Under the pieces are notes generated by a model that worked only from the letters and a program-made list of their open reading frames with translations, was not told where the DNA came from and did no database searches. This document shows, piece after piece, positions 9,350-19,164 of a stretch of 64,000 nt of DNA (its first letter is position 1; each line of letters begins with the position of its first letter). Made by a program: the position numbers and the translations under genes. This stretch comes from an uncultured Erysipelotrichaceae bacterium. Its GTDB lineage: Bacteria; Bacillota_I; Bacilli_A; RF39; UBA660. Location: NCBI GenBank assembly GCA_902793315.1, contig CADBCT010000001.1:34727-98726 (forward strand), written 5' to 3'.

Positions 9350-10477
9350 TTAATAAGTTCTAATAGGTAAAACTAATTGTGTTAATGTCTCATCATCTTC
9401 TGATTTTATTAATATTGGCTTTATTTCACCTACAAAATGTAAATCAATATTCTCTGTTTGAAAACTTTTTAATGCATCCATCATATACTTAGAACTAAAT
9501 GAAATTTTTATATTTTCTTCATTATTCTTTGAAATCATCATTTTCTCTTCAACATGCCCTATTTCCATTGAACTACTCTTTAAAGTTAGTGTATTACCTT
9601 CTATTTCTAAAGTAACAATATTTTTTTCTTTATCACTTGTTAAAATACTAACTCGATCTATCACATTATATAAATCACTTAAATTAGTACTAACAACAAG
9701 TAATGAATCATTTGGTAATAAATTAGATGTATTAGGATATGTTCCATTAATAAGTCTAGATTCAAATTTTAAATTACCAGTTTTAAATAATATTTTATTA
9801 TTAAATATATGTAATTCAACATTATCATCATCTGAATTAAGTATCTTAGTAAATTCAATCAAATTACGACTAGGTATTACAATATTATAATTTTCATCAC
9901 TACTTTTGCCTAATTTTACAACTTTTCTTGCTAATCTATAAGAATCAGTTGAATTACATTCTAAAACATTACCTACTATATTAAAGTTAATACCTGTTAA
10001 AACTGGTTTACTCTCTTCATTAGAAGAAGCAAAAGCGGTTTGATAAACAATACTTTTTAAAGTAGCAGATGATAATTCAACTTTCTTTTTACTCTCCTCT
10101 AAATTAATATTAGGATATTCACTATCACTAATACCATTTAAATTAAATTCACTGTTTTCTGTGTAAATTAATATTTTTAAATCATCAATTACTTCAATAT
10201 TAATATATTCAGCAGGTAATTTACGTACTATATCTAAAATATATCTACCTTGAATAATAATACTTCCTTCTTTTTCAATCTTAAAGTCTTCGTCATTAGT
10301 AGATTCAATAATTGATTGTATAGTAATATCATTATCACTAGCTGTTAAAGTTAATTTTTTCTTTTTTAACTCAAATTTAATTCCTGCTAATACAGGTATT
10401 AAGTTTTTAGTTGAAATAGCTTTTGATACTTTTAATAAAGAGTCTAATAATAATTCCTTTTTTATTGTAAATTTCAT
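9350..10477 (-). CDS. dnaN: DNA polymerase III beta sliding clamp
   Basis: 375 aa. MKFTIKKELLLDSLLKVSKAISTKNLIPVLAGIKFE is a typical DnaN N-terminus. Three-domain length. Position next to dnaA. Confidence 0.92.
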   Translation of the reverse strand: MKFTIKKELLLDSLLKVSKAISTKNLIPVLAGIKFELKKKKLTLTASDNDITIQSIIESTNDEDFKIEKEGSIIIQGRYILDIVRKLPAEYINIEVIDDLKILIYTENSEFNLNGISDSEYPNINLEESKKKVELSSATLKSIVYQTAFASSNEESKPVLTGINFNIVGNVLECNSTDSYRLARKVVKLGKSSDENYNIVIPSRNLIEFTKILNSDDDNVELHIFNNKILFKTGNLKFESRLINGTYPNTSNLLPNDSLLVVSTNLSDLYNVIDRVSILTSDKEKNIVTLEIEGNTLTLKSSSMEIGHVEEKMMISKNNEENIKISFSSKYMMDALKSFQTENIDLHFVGEIKPILIKSEDDETLTQLVLPIRTY

Positions 10478-10608
10478 TTTTATATTCCTTCTTTCTTAAT
10501 ATATTTCTATTATTATAGTGGAAAAAGTTAAAAACTAACAAATTCCTTGATTTTATAAAGATTTAACTTGTTTTTATTTGTGGAAAAAATAATATTTTCA
10601 ATTATTAT
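10478..10608. promoter_or_regulatory. oriC: dnaA-dnaN intergenic oriC segment (DnaA-box-like sites plus AT-rich unwinding region)
   Basis: TGTGGAAAA (10579-10587; rc TTTTCCACA, 1 mismatch to TTATCCACA) and TAGTGGAAAAA (10516-10526), surrounded by a >80% AT tract. Conserved position of incC/DUE in Firmicutes. Confidence 0.5.
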
Positions 10609-11979
10609 TTACACACCACCTATATCTTTCTTTAATTTTTCTATAATATTAGCTAAATCTTTATTTATTTTTATTTCATTTTCAATTTTTTCAACTGAAT
10701 ACATTACTGTAGTATGATCTTTACCACCAAATTCAATAGCAATCTTTGGAAATGACTCGGTAGTCATATTTCTGCAGAGATACATAGCAATTTGTCTAGG
10801 AAAAGAAATATTAGCACTTCTTTTCTTACTTCTGATATCTTCAGTTGATATTTGAAAATATTCAGAAACTATTCGTTGAATTCGTTGAATGTTATTTTTC
10901 TCCCCTATTCCTTTACTTATATTATCTTTAAGAGCCTCAATTGCTAAATCTAAAGTAATTTTTTCTCCACCCATTATTGTGGAATAAGCAACTAATCTTG
11001 TAACAGCTCCTTCTAGTTTTCTAACATCAGGTCCTATATTATTAGCCATATATTCTATTACTTCGTCTGGAATATCATCATTAAAATCATTAGCAACTAT
11101 TTTTTTCTTTAATATTTCTTTCTTTAATGCTAATTCTGGAGGATAAATATTTGCTTGTAATCCCCATGTAAATCTTGTTCTTAATCGTTCTTCCAAAATT
11201 TTCAAATCATCTGGAGATCGATCAGAAGATATAACAATTTGTTTATTATCATTATGTAAAATATTAAAGGTATGAAAAAATTCATCTTGTGATTTTGAAG
11301 CACCACCTAAGAATTGAATATCATCAATTAATAGGACATCAACATTTCTATACTTATCTTTAAAGAAATCTACATAATTGAAATTGGTTCCATCATCATC
11401 TCTTCTACTGGCTTTAACAAAATCTTGTCTAAATTGTTCACTAGTAACATATAATACACATTTATTACTATGTTCTACAACATAATTTCCTATTGCATGC
11501 ATTAAATGTGTTTTACCTAATCCACTATTACCATATAGAAATAAGGGATTATAAAGTAAACCAGGATTCTCAGCAACACTTAAAGCAGAAGCCTGAGCAA
11601 ATTTATTACTATTTCCTACAATAAAATTATCAAAAGTATAATTTTTATTTAGATTACTATTAATATTCTCAACTTTCTTAGGAGTATTTTCATATAATTC
11701 TTTTTCTTCTTCTTTATTTTTTTCATCTTCTAATTCATCGCTTAAAATAAAGACAAGTTCATAATTAGTACCGGTTAAAATATTTAAATTATTCTTTATA
11801 ATATCAGAATAATTATTAGATAAATGTTTTTTATGAATAGCCATCGGAACTATTATATAAGCTTTTTCATTATCTAATTTATATAATTTGGTATCCGAAA
11901 ACCAAGTATCATAAGAGAGAGAGGTTAGTTCTGTTTTTAAATTTTCTAATAATTTAGACCATAAAACATCTACATTCAT
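10609..11979 (-). CDS. dnaA: Chromosomal replication initiator protein DnaA
   Basis: AAA+ Walker A GNSGLGKTHL, Walker B LLIDDIQFL, C-terminal DNA-binding helix ...KDHTTVMYSVEKI. Start set at ATG (MNVDVLWSKLLENLK) preceded by GGGGAGATGG. The ORF-track start is a TTG 6 codons upstream. Confidence 0.93.
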   Translation of the reverse strand: MNVDVLWSKLLENLKTELTSLSYDTWFSDTKLYKLDNEKAYIIVPMAIHKKHLSNNYSDIIKNNLNILTGTNYELVFILSDELEDEKNKEEEKELYENTPKKVENINSNLNKNYTFDNFIVGNSNKFAQASALSVAENPGLLYNPLFLYGNSGLGKTHLMHAIGNYVVEHSNKCVLYVTSEQFRQDFVKASRRDDDGTNFNYVDFFKDKYRNVDVLLIDDIQFLGGASKSQDEFFHTFNILHNDNKQIVISSDRSPDDLKILEERLRTRFTWGLQANIYPPELALKKEILKKKIVANDFNDDIPDEVIEYMANNIGPDVRKLEGAVTRLVAYSTIMGGEKITLDLAIEALKDNISKGIGEKNNIQRIQRIVSEYFQISTEDIRSKKRSANISFPRQIAMYLCRNMTTESFPKIAIEFGGKDHTTVMYSVEKIENEIKINKDLANIIEKLKKDIGGV

Positions 11980-12063
11980 TCTACCATCTCCCCACAAGAA
12001 CCATTAACAATTTTTATTCTACATTAAATAGTTAAAAAAATAAATGATTTTTTATTAAAAAAA

Positions 12064-12197
12064 ACAATCCACAAAGAATTCCCAAAGTTATACACAACAA
12101 AGATATTTATATAATAAAGATAAAATGCTGTTTTCCACATTTTCCACAAATTTTTAATAAACAACATAAAAAAAGTTATCAACAAGGTTGTGAATAT
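12064..12197. promoter_or_regulatory. oriC: DnaA-box cluster between dnaA and rpmH (oriC upstream box region and dnaA promoter)
   Basis: ACAATCCACA (12064-12073), TTATACACA (12088-12096), TTTTCCACA x2 tandem (12131-12139, 12140-12148), TTATCAACA (12176-12184), TGTGAATAT (12189-12197). All within 1-2 mismatches of TTATCCACA or its reverse complement. Confidence 0.55.
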
Positions 12198-12276
12198 TGT
12201 TGAAAATAATTTTTCATTGACAAATAAGTGATTCTATTATTATAATAATGTAGATTTATGTTTGGAGGTGGAAGGC

Positions 12277-12399
12277 ATGAAAAGAACATATCAACCAAAT
12301 AACCGTAAAAAATCTAAAAGACTTGGTTTTTTCGCACGTAAAAAAACAAATATCTTAAATCGTCGTCGTCGTAAGGGACGCAAAGTACTTTGTAAATAA
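12277..12399 (+). CDS. rpmH: 50S ribosomal protein L34
   Basis: [40 protein letters not shown] (40 aa). Preceded by GGAGGTGGAAGG. Missing from the ORF track because of its small size. Confidence 0.92.
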   Translation: MKRTYQPNNRKKSKRLGFFARKKTNILNRRRRKGRKVLCK

Positions 12400-12446
12400 A
12401 ATACCGCTGTAAACAGTGGTTTTTTACTCTGAAAAGGAGTGATAGT

Positions 12447-12782
12447 ATAAGAAAACTATATATTGTAAGAACAACAAGAGATTTCGATGATATTATAAAA
12501 AACGGGAAAAGCATTAAAAATAAGTATTTTGTAATTCATTACAAAGATAATAATTTGCCATATGATAGATTTGGAATATCTGTTAGTAAAAAATTAGGAA
12601 ATGCTGTTTTTAGAAATAAGTATAAAAGAAAAATTAGAACAATAGTTGATAATTATAAAAAAGAGTATCTTAATAATAAAGATTATATTATAATATTAAG
12701 GAAAGAGGCATTATCTAGAAATTTTAAAGAATTAAATAAAGATTTTTTAGAATTAATGCAAAAAAATAAGAAAGGAATTTAA
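12447..12782 (+). CDS. rnpA: Ribonuclease P protein component. 5' end uncertain: no canonical start codon in frame.
   Basis: Frame continues upstream of the track ORF as ...IRKLYIVRTTRDFDDIIKNGKSIKNKYFVIHYKDNNLPYDRFGISVSKKLGNAVFRNKYKRKIR, which is the RnpA family. GGAG at 12435-12438. Only ATA/ATT/CTG codons are available between the upstream stop (12393) and conserved residues. Confidence 0.7.
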   Translation: MRKLYIVRTTRDFDDIIKNGKSIKNKYFVIHYKDNNLPYDRFGISVSKKLGNAVFRNKYKRKIRTIVDNYKKEYLNNKDYIIILRKEALSRNFKELNKDFLELMQKNKKGI

Positions 12783-12785
12783 GAA

Positions 12786-13721
12786 ATGAACAGTAAAAAT
12801 AAAAAGAGAATAATAGTAATACTTTTCTTATTAATCTTAACAACAGGATGTACTAAAACATTAACTGATGAAAATAAAAAGCCTGTTAGAAATGAGACAA
12901 CTGGTCAAACTTTGACAGCAAATATTTTGTGTCAGCCTACAAATAAAACAACTAAAGAATTATATAAGAAAAATGGTGTAAAAATAGATAAATTACCTGA
13001 ATGCAGTGAATTTAAAATAACTTCTGGAAAATATGAAGGTTTATGGACTTCTATTTTTGTTAAACCATTGGCTTATTTCTTATTAGTTTTAGGTAGTTTA
13101 GTTAAGAATTATGGTATTTCTGTAATAATAATAAGTTTAATAATTAGGTTTATTGCTTATCCAATCACTAAAAAAACAGCTATGCAATCAGAAATGATGA
13201 AAAAGGCACAACCAGAAATAAATAGATTACAAAAGAAATATGCTAATAAGAAAGATCAAGAGTCTATGATTAAACAAAATCAAGAGATGATGGCAATTTA
13301 TAAGAAATATAATATTAATCCAATGGGTGGTTGCTTATTTGCTATGATTCAATTACCAATTTTTGTAGCTTTCTTTGAAGCAGTACAAAGAACACCAGTA
13401 ATTTTTGAAGATAAGTTCTTAGGATTACAATTGGGTACAACACCTTCAGTAGGTATAGCAAATCCAACTTTTTATTCTTATATAATCTTAATGTTATTAA
13501 TTGCTGGAACAACATATTTATCATTCAAAATGACTGGAATGAGTAATAATGATGATCCTACAATGAAAATGATGCCAACTATGATGACAGTGATGATCAT
13601 TGTAACTGCAATGTTCATGCCAACAGGTTTAGGTATATATTGGATTACATCTAATTTATTTACGATGGCCCAAAATTATATTGTGAGAAGGAGTAAGAAA
13701 GATGGAAAAGCGAAAGTTTAG
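12786..13721 (+). CDS. yidC: Membrane protein insertase YidC/SpoIIIJ (lipoprotein type)
   Basis: 311 aa. Lipobox LILTTGC, then Oxa1/YidC 60-kDa IMP domain with 5 TM segments. rpmH-rnpA-yidC-jag operon order. Confidence 0.85.
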   Translation: MNSKNKKRIIVILFLLILTTGCTKTLTDENKKPVRNETTGQTLTANILCQPTNKTTKELYKKNGVKIDKLPECSEFKITSGKYEGLWTSIFVKPLAYFLLVLGSLVKNYGISVIIISLIIRFIAYPITKKTAMQSEMMKKAQPEINRLQKKYANKKDQESMIKQNQEMMAIYKKYNINPMGGCLFAMIQLPIFVAFFEAVQRTPVIFEDKFLGLQLGTTPSVGIANPTFYSYIILMLLIAGTTYLSFKMTGMSNNDDPTMKMMPTMMTVMIIVTAMFMPTGLGIYWITSNLFTMAQNYIVRRSKKDGKAKV

Positions 13722-14319
13722 TGGTAAAACAAAAGAAGAAGCTATTCAATTAGCTAAAGAAGAATTACAAGAGGTTGAAGAAAACTTATTCATAAGAGAA
13801 TTAGAATCAACAAAAGGTGGATTATTCAAGAGTAAAAAAGTTGAAATTGAAGTAATTGAAAAAAGAGAAGTAGTTAAAGATATTAAAGATTATTTAGTAA
13901 AATTATTAAAAAATATGGGATATTCTGTAAATATTGAAGTTAAAAATAAAGAAGAAGTTCCTAAATATATTATTTTCTCTGATAATGATGCTCTATTAAT
14001 TGGAAAAAATGGTAAAAACTTAAAGGCTTTATCATTAGTAGTAAGTGGATATTTAAATAAAGAGTTAGGTAGAAATTATAAATTTATTATTGATGTTAAT
14101 GAGTATAAAGAGAAGAGAGAACAGTCATTAGAAAGACTTGCAAAAAGAATAGCTAGAGAAGTAGGGCAAACAAAAATAGCAGCAAAGTTAGATCCTATGA
14201 ATTCTTATGAAAGAAGAATTATTCATAATATTCTTACAAATAATAAGAAAGTATATACAGAAAGCGAAGGAGAAGAACCAAATCGCTATGTTGTAATTAA
14301 ACCAAAAGAAGAAGCATAA
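13702..14319 (+). CDS. khpB: RNA-binding protein Jag/KhpB (KH + R3H domains)
   Basis: 205 aa. Jag_N, KH-like region (LIGKNGKNLKAL) and R3H (MNSYERRIIHNIL). Overlaps the yidC stop, as in the B. subtilis jag operon. Confidence 0.75.
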   Translation: MEKRKFSGKTKEEAIQLAKEELQEVEENLFIRELESTKGGLFKSKKVEIEVIEKREVVKDIKDYLVKLLKNMGYSVNIEVKNKEEVPKYIIFSDNDALLIGKNGKNLKALSLVVSGYLNKELGRNYKFIIDVNEYKEKREQSLERLAKRIAREVGQTKIAAKLDPMNSYERRIIHNILTNNKKVYTESEGEEPNRYVVIKPKEEA

Positions 14320-14374
14320 TTCTTCTTTTTTTGTTAATATTGTGCTATAATGTTATCAATAAAAAGGAGAAAAA

Positions 14375-15106
14375 ATGAAAAAGATATATTTAATAATTTT
14401 AATTTTAATAATTGGCATAACAACGAATGCAAAGGCATCAACACCGCCTTATATATGGACTATTGATAATGGTAATAAAAATTTAAGAGAAGATGTTACA
14501 ACAATAACAGATACAGCATTTTTAGAAAGAAAAGAAGGGCCTGAAAGTGGTGAATTTAAGATTTATGTTTTAAAATTAAACAATTATCATGGATCAGGTA
14601 TTGAATTAGAGTGTCGTGGAACAGGACAAAGTGGAATGCATTTTATTATTGAATTAACCGGAAAAAATGTAATTAACGATAACAATATTGGAATTAATTA
14701 TGATTATAGTCCTGATTTTGAATTCACTGGAAATGGATCACTAATTATAAATGCACCTATACCAATATCAAATAAAGAATATAAAAATCTTTTTACAATC
14801 GGTGATGTAACGCCGGAAGAAATAGAAAAAAGTGTGAATGATGTAGATTCTATGGAAGAATCATCAAAAGATGAAAATGTTCCAGAAGAAGTTGAAAAAA
14901 ATACTGTAAAAGATAAAGCAGAAGATGAAGATGAAGAGAACTTAATTGCTGAACAAAGAGAAAAAGAAGCAAGAGATTCAGAAAAAAAAGATAAAATAAT
15001 AATTTATACCTGTTTAGGGGCTTTTGTAGTTTTAATATTATTTATTGTTCTACGTATTTTAAAACAAAATAAAATAAAAAAAGAAAAAGAATTAAAAGAA
15101 GAATAA
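14375..15106 (+). CDS. Hypothetical surface protein: N-terminal signal peptide, acidic Glu/Asp/Lys-rich region, C-terminal TM anchor
   Basis: MKKIYLIILILIIGITTNAKAS signal. Hydrophobic LGAFVVLILFIVL near the C-terminus. Extended -10 TGCTATAAT upstream. Confidence 0.45.
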   Translation: MKKIYLIILILIIGITTNAKASTPPYIWTIDNGNKNLREDVTTITDTAFLERKEGPESGEFKIYVLKLNNYHGSGIELECRGTGQSGMHFIIELTGKNVINDNNIGINYDYSPDFEFTGNGSLIINAPIPISNKEYKNLFTIGDVTPEEIEKSVNDVDSMEESSKDENVPEEVEKNTVKDKAEDEDEENLIAEQREKEARDSEKKDKIIIYTCLGAFVVLILFIVLRILKQNKIKKEKELKEE

Positions 15107-15168
15107 TAGTCTTCTTTTTTTTATAATAATATTATGCTATAATACGTACAGGAAAAAGGAGGGATACC

Positions 15169-16533
15169 ATGAATGATACAATTTGTGCAATTTCTACTGC
15201 TCAAGGTTTAGGAGCAATTGCTATTGTTAGAGTTAGTGGAGAAGAAGCTATTGAAATAGTAAATAAAATCTTTAAAGGTAAAGATTTAACTAAAGTAGAT
15301 TCTCAAACAATAAATTATGGTCATATTGTAGATGAAAATAATAATATTGTAGATGAAGTATTAGTATCAGTAATGAAGGCTCCACATACATTTACTACTG
15401 AAAATGTTGTGGAAATTAATACTCATGGAGGTATTGCTCCTACTAATAAAGTATTAGAATTGTTATTAGAAAAAGGATGTCGTTTAGCAGAACCAGGTGA
15501 ATTTACCAAAAGAGCTTTTTTAAATGGTAGAATAGATCTTCTAGAAGCAGAATCAGTAATGGATATGATTGATGCTAAAACTGATGTACAAAGGAAAATG
15601 GCTATTAATGGGATAGATGGAAAAACATCCAATTTAATTAATGAATTAAGAAGTGATATGGTTCAAATTATTAGTAATATCAACGTAAATATCGATTATC
15701 CAGAGTATGATGATGTTGATATTATAACTAACGATGTATTAGTACCTAAAATAACTAATTTAAAAGAAAAAATAACAAAAATATTAAAAGAAGCAGAAAA
15801 TGGCAAGATAATTAAAGAAGGAATAAAAACTTCAATAATTGGTAGACCAAACGTTGGAAAAAGCTCATTACTAAATGCATTATTACAAGAAGAAAAAGCT
15901 ATTGTTACTGATATTGCTGGTACTACAAGAGATATTGTTGAAGGAGAAATTAATATTAATGGTATTTTACTTCATATAATTGATACGGCTGGTATTAGAG
16001 AAACAGATGACAAAATAGAATCAATTGGAGTAGAGAAGAGCTTAAAAATAATGGAAGATTCAGACTTAATTTTATTTATGATTAATAATAATGAAGAGTT
16101 AACAGATGATATAAAAGAATTATTAAGTAAGTTAAAAAATAAGCATTATTTGGTCTTAATTAATAAAAATGATCTAAAGTCAAAAATCGATAAAGTAGAA
16201 TTAATGGTGGATGAAGACAAAATTATTAATTTAAGTGTTACAAATAATCAAGGAATAGATGAATTGAAAAATAAAATCATTGAATTGTTTAATATTGAAG
16301 AAATTGAGTCTAAAGATCCAACATATTTAAGTAATGCTAGAAGTATAAGTATTCTAAAGAACTGTTTAAAAAAAGTAGAGGAAATAGAAAAATCTTTAAA
16401 GGAAAACTTACCAATAGATATGATTGAACTAGATATAAAGAGTATTTGGGAAGAATTAGGTAAAATAAACGGTTCAACATATGAAGAAGAGTTACTAGAT
16501 GAAATGTTTTCAAGATTTTGTCTTGGAAAATAA
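15169..16533 (+). CDS. mnmE: tRNA modification GTPase MnmE
   Basis: 454 aa. G-domain GRPNVGKSSLLNAL, DTAGIRE, and a C-terminal CLGK-type tail (FSRFCLGK). Confidence 0.92.
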   Translation: MNDTICAISTAQGLGAIAIVRVSGEEAIEIVNKIFKGKDLTKVDSQTINYGHIVDENNNIVDEVLVSVMKAPHTFTTENVVEINTHGGIAPTNKVLELLLEKGCRLAEPGEFTKRAFLNGRIDLLEAESVMDMIDAKTDVQRKMAINGIDGKTSNLINELRSDMVQIISNINVNIDYPEYDDVDIITNDVLVPKITNLKEKITKILKEAENGKIIKEGIKTSIIGRPNVGKSSLLNALLQEEKAIVTDIAGTTRDIVEGEININGILLHIIDTAGIRETDDKIESIGVEKSLKIMEDSDLILFMINNNEELTDDIKELLSKLKNKHYLVLINKNDLKSKIDKVELMVDEDKIINLSVTNNQGIDELKNKIIELFNIEEIESKDPTYLSNARSISILKNCLKKVEEIEKSLKENLPIDMIELDIKSIWEELGKINGSTYEEELLDEMFSRFCLGK

Positions 16534-16547
16534 AAGAAGGTGAAAAA

Positions 16548-18416
16548 ATGTATGAAATTATTGTAGTAGGTGGAGGACATGCTGGAATAGAAGCTGCTCA
16601 TGCTGCATCTATAAAAGGTCATAAAACACTATTAGTTACTGCAAATATTAAAAATATAGCTGATATGCCTTGTAATCCGCATATAGGTGGAAGTGCTAAA
16701 GGTATTGTAGTTCGTGAAATAGACGCTTTAGGTGGAATTATGGGTAAAGTAGCTGATAAAACTCATCTTCAAATAAAAATGCTAAATAAAGCTAAAGGAC
16801 CTGCTGTTCAATCTTTAAGAGCTCAAGCAGATAAAATAACTTATCCAAAAGAAATGTTAAAAGAATTAAAATCATTAGAAAATCTAACTATAAAAGAGGC
16901 TATGGTTGAAGATTTAATAATAAAAAATAATAAAATTAATGGTGTAATTCTTGAGAATGGTGAAAAAATCGAGTCAAAAATAGTGATTTTAACTACTGGA
17001 ACATACTTAAAAGCAGATATTTTAGTAGGTGATACTAGAACTAGACAGGGACCACATGGTGAAAAAACTTCTCTACATTTAAGTGATAAATTAAAAGAAT
17101 ATGGATTTCAAATAATCAGATTAAAGACAGGTACTCCTCAAAGAATTGATAGAAATAGTATTGATTTTTCAAAAGTTAAAGTAGAACCAGGTGACGATGA
17201 ATATTTAACATTCAGTTATGATTTAGAACCACAATATAAAATAGAGAATCAGATTCCATGTCATTTAACCTATACAACGGCAGAAACTCATAAAATAATC
17301 ATGGATAATCTAAATAAATCAAGTATGTATGGGGCTTTAGATGATATTGAAGGTATTGGCCCTAGATATTGTCCATCAATTGAAGATAAAGTAGTAAGAT
17401 TTAAAGATAAAGAAAGACATCAATTATTTATAGAACCAGAAAGTAGATATTATGATGATATGTATCTTCAAGGTTTTTCCACATCTATGCCACCTGAAGT
17501 ACAAGAAAAAATGGTTCATAGCTTACCAGGCTTTGAAAAAGCTAAAATATTGAAGTATGGTTATGCTATTGAATATGATGCAATATATCCAACCCAATTA
17601 AAAGCATCACTTGAAACAAAAGTAATAGAAAATCTATATACTGCAGGCCAAATCAACGGAACTAGTGGTTATGAAGAAGCTGCTTGCCAAGGATTAATGG
17701 CAGGAATAAATGCAAATTTAAAATTAGAAGGTAAAGAACCTTTAGTATTAAAAAGAAATGAAGCATACATAGGTGTATTAATAGATGATCTAATTACTAA
17801 AGGAATTAGAGATCCATATAGATTACTTACAAGTAGGGCAGAATTTAGATTGCTACTAAGAAGTGATAATGCAGATTTAAGACTTAGAAATTATGGTTAT
17901 CAAGTAGGTTTAATTGATGAAGATAGAATGAATAAATTAAGGGAAAAAGAAAACAAAATAGAAGAAATATTTGAATGGAGTAGAGAAAATAAGATAAAAA
18001 TAACTAAAGATATTGAAAAAATCTTTGTAAAAAACAATAAAACTATTCCTACAAGTACTATGTCAGTAGAAAACTTATTAAAAAGACCTGAAATAACTAT
18101 TGAATTCTTAGAAAAAATGATAGAAATACCATTTGATAAAGAAATAAAGGAACAATTAGAAATAAAATTAAAATATGATGGTTATATAAAAAAAGCTTAT
18201 AAAGAAGCAGAAAAAATGTTAAAGTTAGAGAAAAAACAAATACCTGCAGATATTGACTACAATAAAATAAAAAACATTGCTAGTGAAGCCCGTCAAAAAC
18301 TAAATGAAGTACGCCCAACAACAATAGCTCAAGCTATTAGAATTAGTGGGGTAAATCCTTCTGATATTTCAATATTATCGGTATATTTAAAGAAAGAGTA
18401 TGGTAAGAATGACTAA
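16548..18416 (+). CDS. mnmG: tRNA uridine 5-carboxymethylaminomethyl modification enzyme MnmG (GidA)
   Basis: Starts at MYEIIVVGGGHAGIEAA (FAD dinucleotide fold), preceded by AAGGTG. The ORF-track start 16518 is upstream and overlaps mnmE. Confidence 0.92.
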   Translation: MYEIIVVGGGHAGIEAAHAASIKGHKTLLVTANIKNIADMPCNPHIGGSAKGIVVREIDALGGIMGKVADKTHLQIKMLNKAKGPAVQSLRAQADKITYPKEMLKELKSLENLTIKEAMVEDLIIKNNKINGVILENGEKIESKIVILTTGTYLKADILVGDTRTRQGPHGEKTSLHLSDKLKEYGFQIIRLKTGTPQRIDRNSIDFSKVKVEPGDDEYLTFSYDLEPQYKIENQIPCHLTYTTAETHKIIMDNLNKSSMYGALDDIEGIGPRYCPSIEDKVVRFKDKERHQLFIEPESRYYDDMYLQGFSTSMPPEVQEKMVHSLPGFEKAKILKYGYAIEYDAIYPTQLKASLETKVIENLYTAGQINGTSGYEEAACQGLMAGINANLKLEGKEPLVLKRNEAYIGVLIDDLITKGIRDPYRLLTSRAEFRLLLRSDNADLRLRNYGYQVGLIDEDRMNKLREKENKIEEIFEWSRENKIKITKDIEKIFVKNNKTIPTSTMSVENLLKRPEITIEFLEKMIEIPFDKEIKEQLEIKLKYDGYIKKAYKEAEKMLKLEKKQIPADIDYNKIKNIASEARQKLNEVRPTTIAQAIRISGVNPSDISILSVYLKKEYGKND

Positions 18417-19044
18417 AGAAGAATTTTTAATAGAATTAGAAAAAATCGGTATAAAACCAACCGAAAAGCAACTAAAACAATTAGAAAAATTCTATGAATT
18501 ATTAATAGAATGGAATCAAAAAATTAATCTAACTAGAATTACTAGTAAAGAAGAAGTATATTTAAAACACTTTTATGATAGTCTTACTCTAAATAGAGTA
18601 GTTGATTTAAAAAATATTAATAATCTGTGTGATATTGGTACAGGTGCAGGATTTCCGGGAATAGTTTTGAAAATCATATTTCCTAATATAAAAATAACAT
18701 TGATTGATTCTCTTCAAAAAAGAGTTAATTATCTAAATATAGTAATTAAAGAATTAGGATTAGAAAAAATAGAAGCAATTCACACGCGTGGAGAAGATTT
18801 TAAAGGCAATTTTGATGTAGTTACATCACGAGCAGTTGCCAATATTGAAAAATTAGTTAATTATACAATGCATTTAGTTAGTAATAAAGGAGTTTTTGTT
18901 GCTATGAAAGGTGATATTGATAATGAATTAACTCCAGAAGTAGAACAAAAACTTAATAAAAAGTATAAAATTATTAAGATAGAAAAATTTCTATTACCAC
19001 TTGAAGAAAGTAAGAGAAGTCTAGTTGTAATGAAAAATAAATAA
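18400..19044 (+). CDS. rsmG: 16S rRNA (guanine527-N7)-methyltransferase RsmG (GidB)
   Basis: 214 aa. SAM motif DIGTGAGFPGIVLKI. Follows mnmG as in gidA-gidB. Confidence 0.88.
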   Translation: MVRMTKEEFLIELEKIGIKPTEKQLKQLEKFYELLIEWNQKINLTRITSKEEVYLKHFYDSLTLNRVVDLKNINNLCDIGTGAGFPGIVLKIIFPNIKITLIDSLQKRVNYLNIVIKELGLEKIEAIHTRGEDFKGNFDVVTSRAVANIEKLVNYTMHLVSNKGVFVAMKGDIDNELTPEVEQKLNKKYKIIKIEKFLLPLEESKRSLVVMKNK

Positions 19045-19055
19045 TTAATTCATAA

Positions 19056-19085
19056 TAGTAACTTTAAAGGTTACTTCTTTTTTTG
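19056..19085 (+). terminator. Rho-independent terminator after rsmG
   Basis: GTAACTTTAAAGGTTAC hairpin followed by TTCTTTTTTTGTTTTTT. Confidence 0.6.
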
Positions 19086-19164
19086 TTTTTTAGTTGAAAT
19101 AAAAAGTAAAATCAAGTATAATGCTAATATAGGGTAAATAAGAGAATAAAGAAAGGGGAATAAC

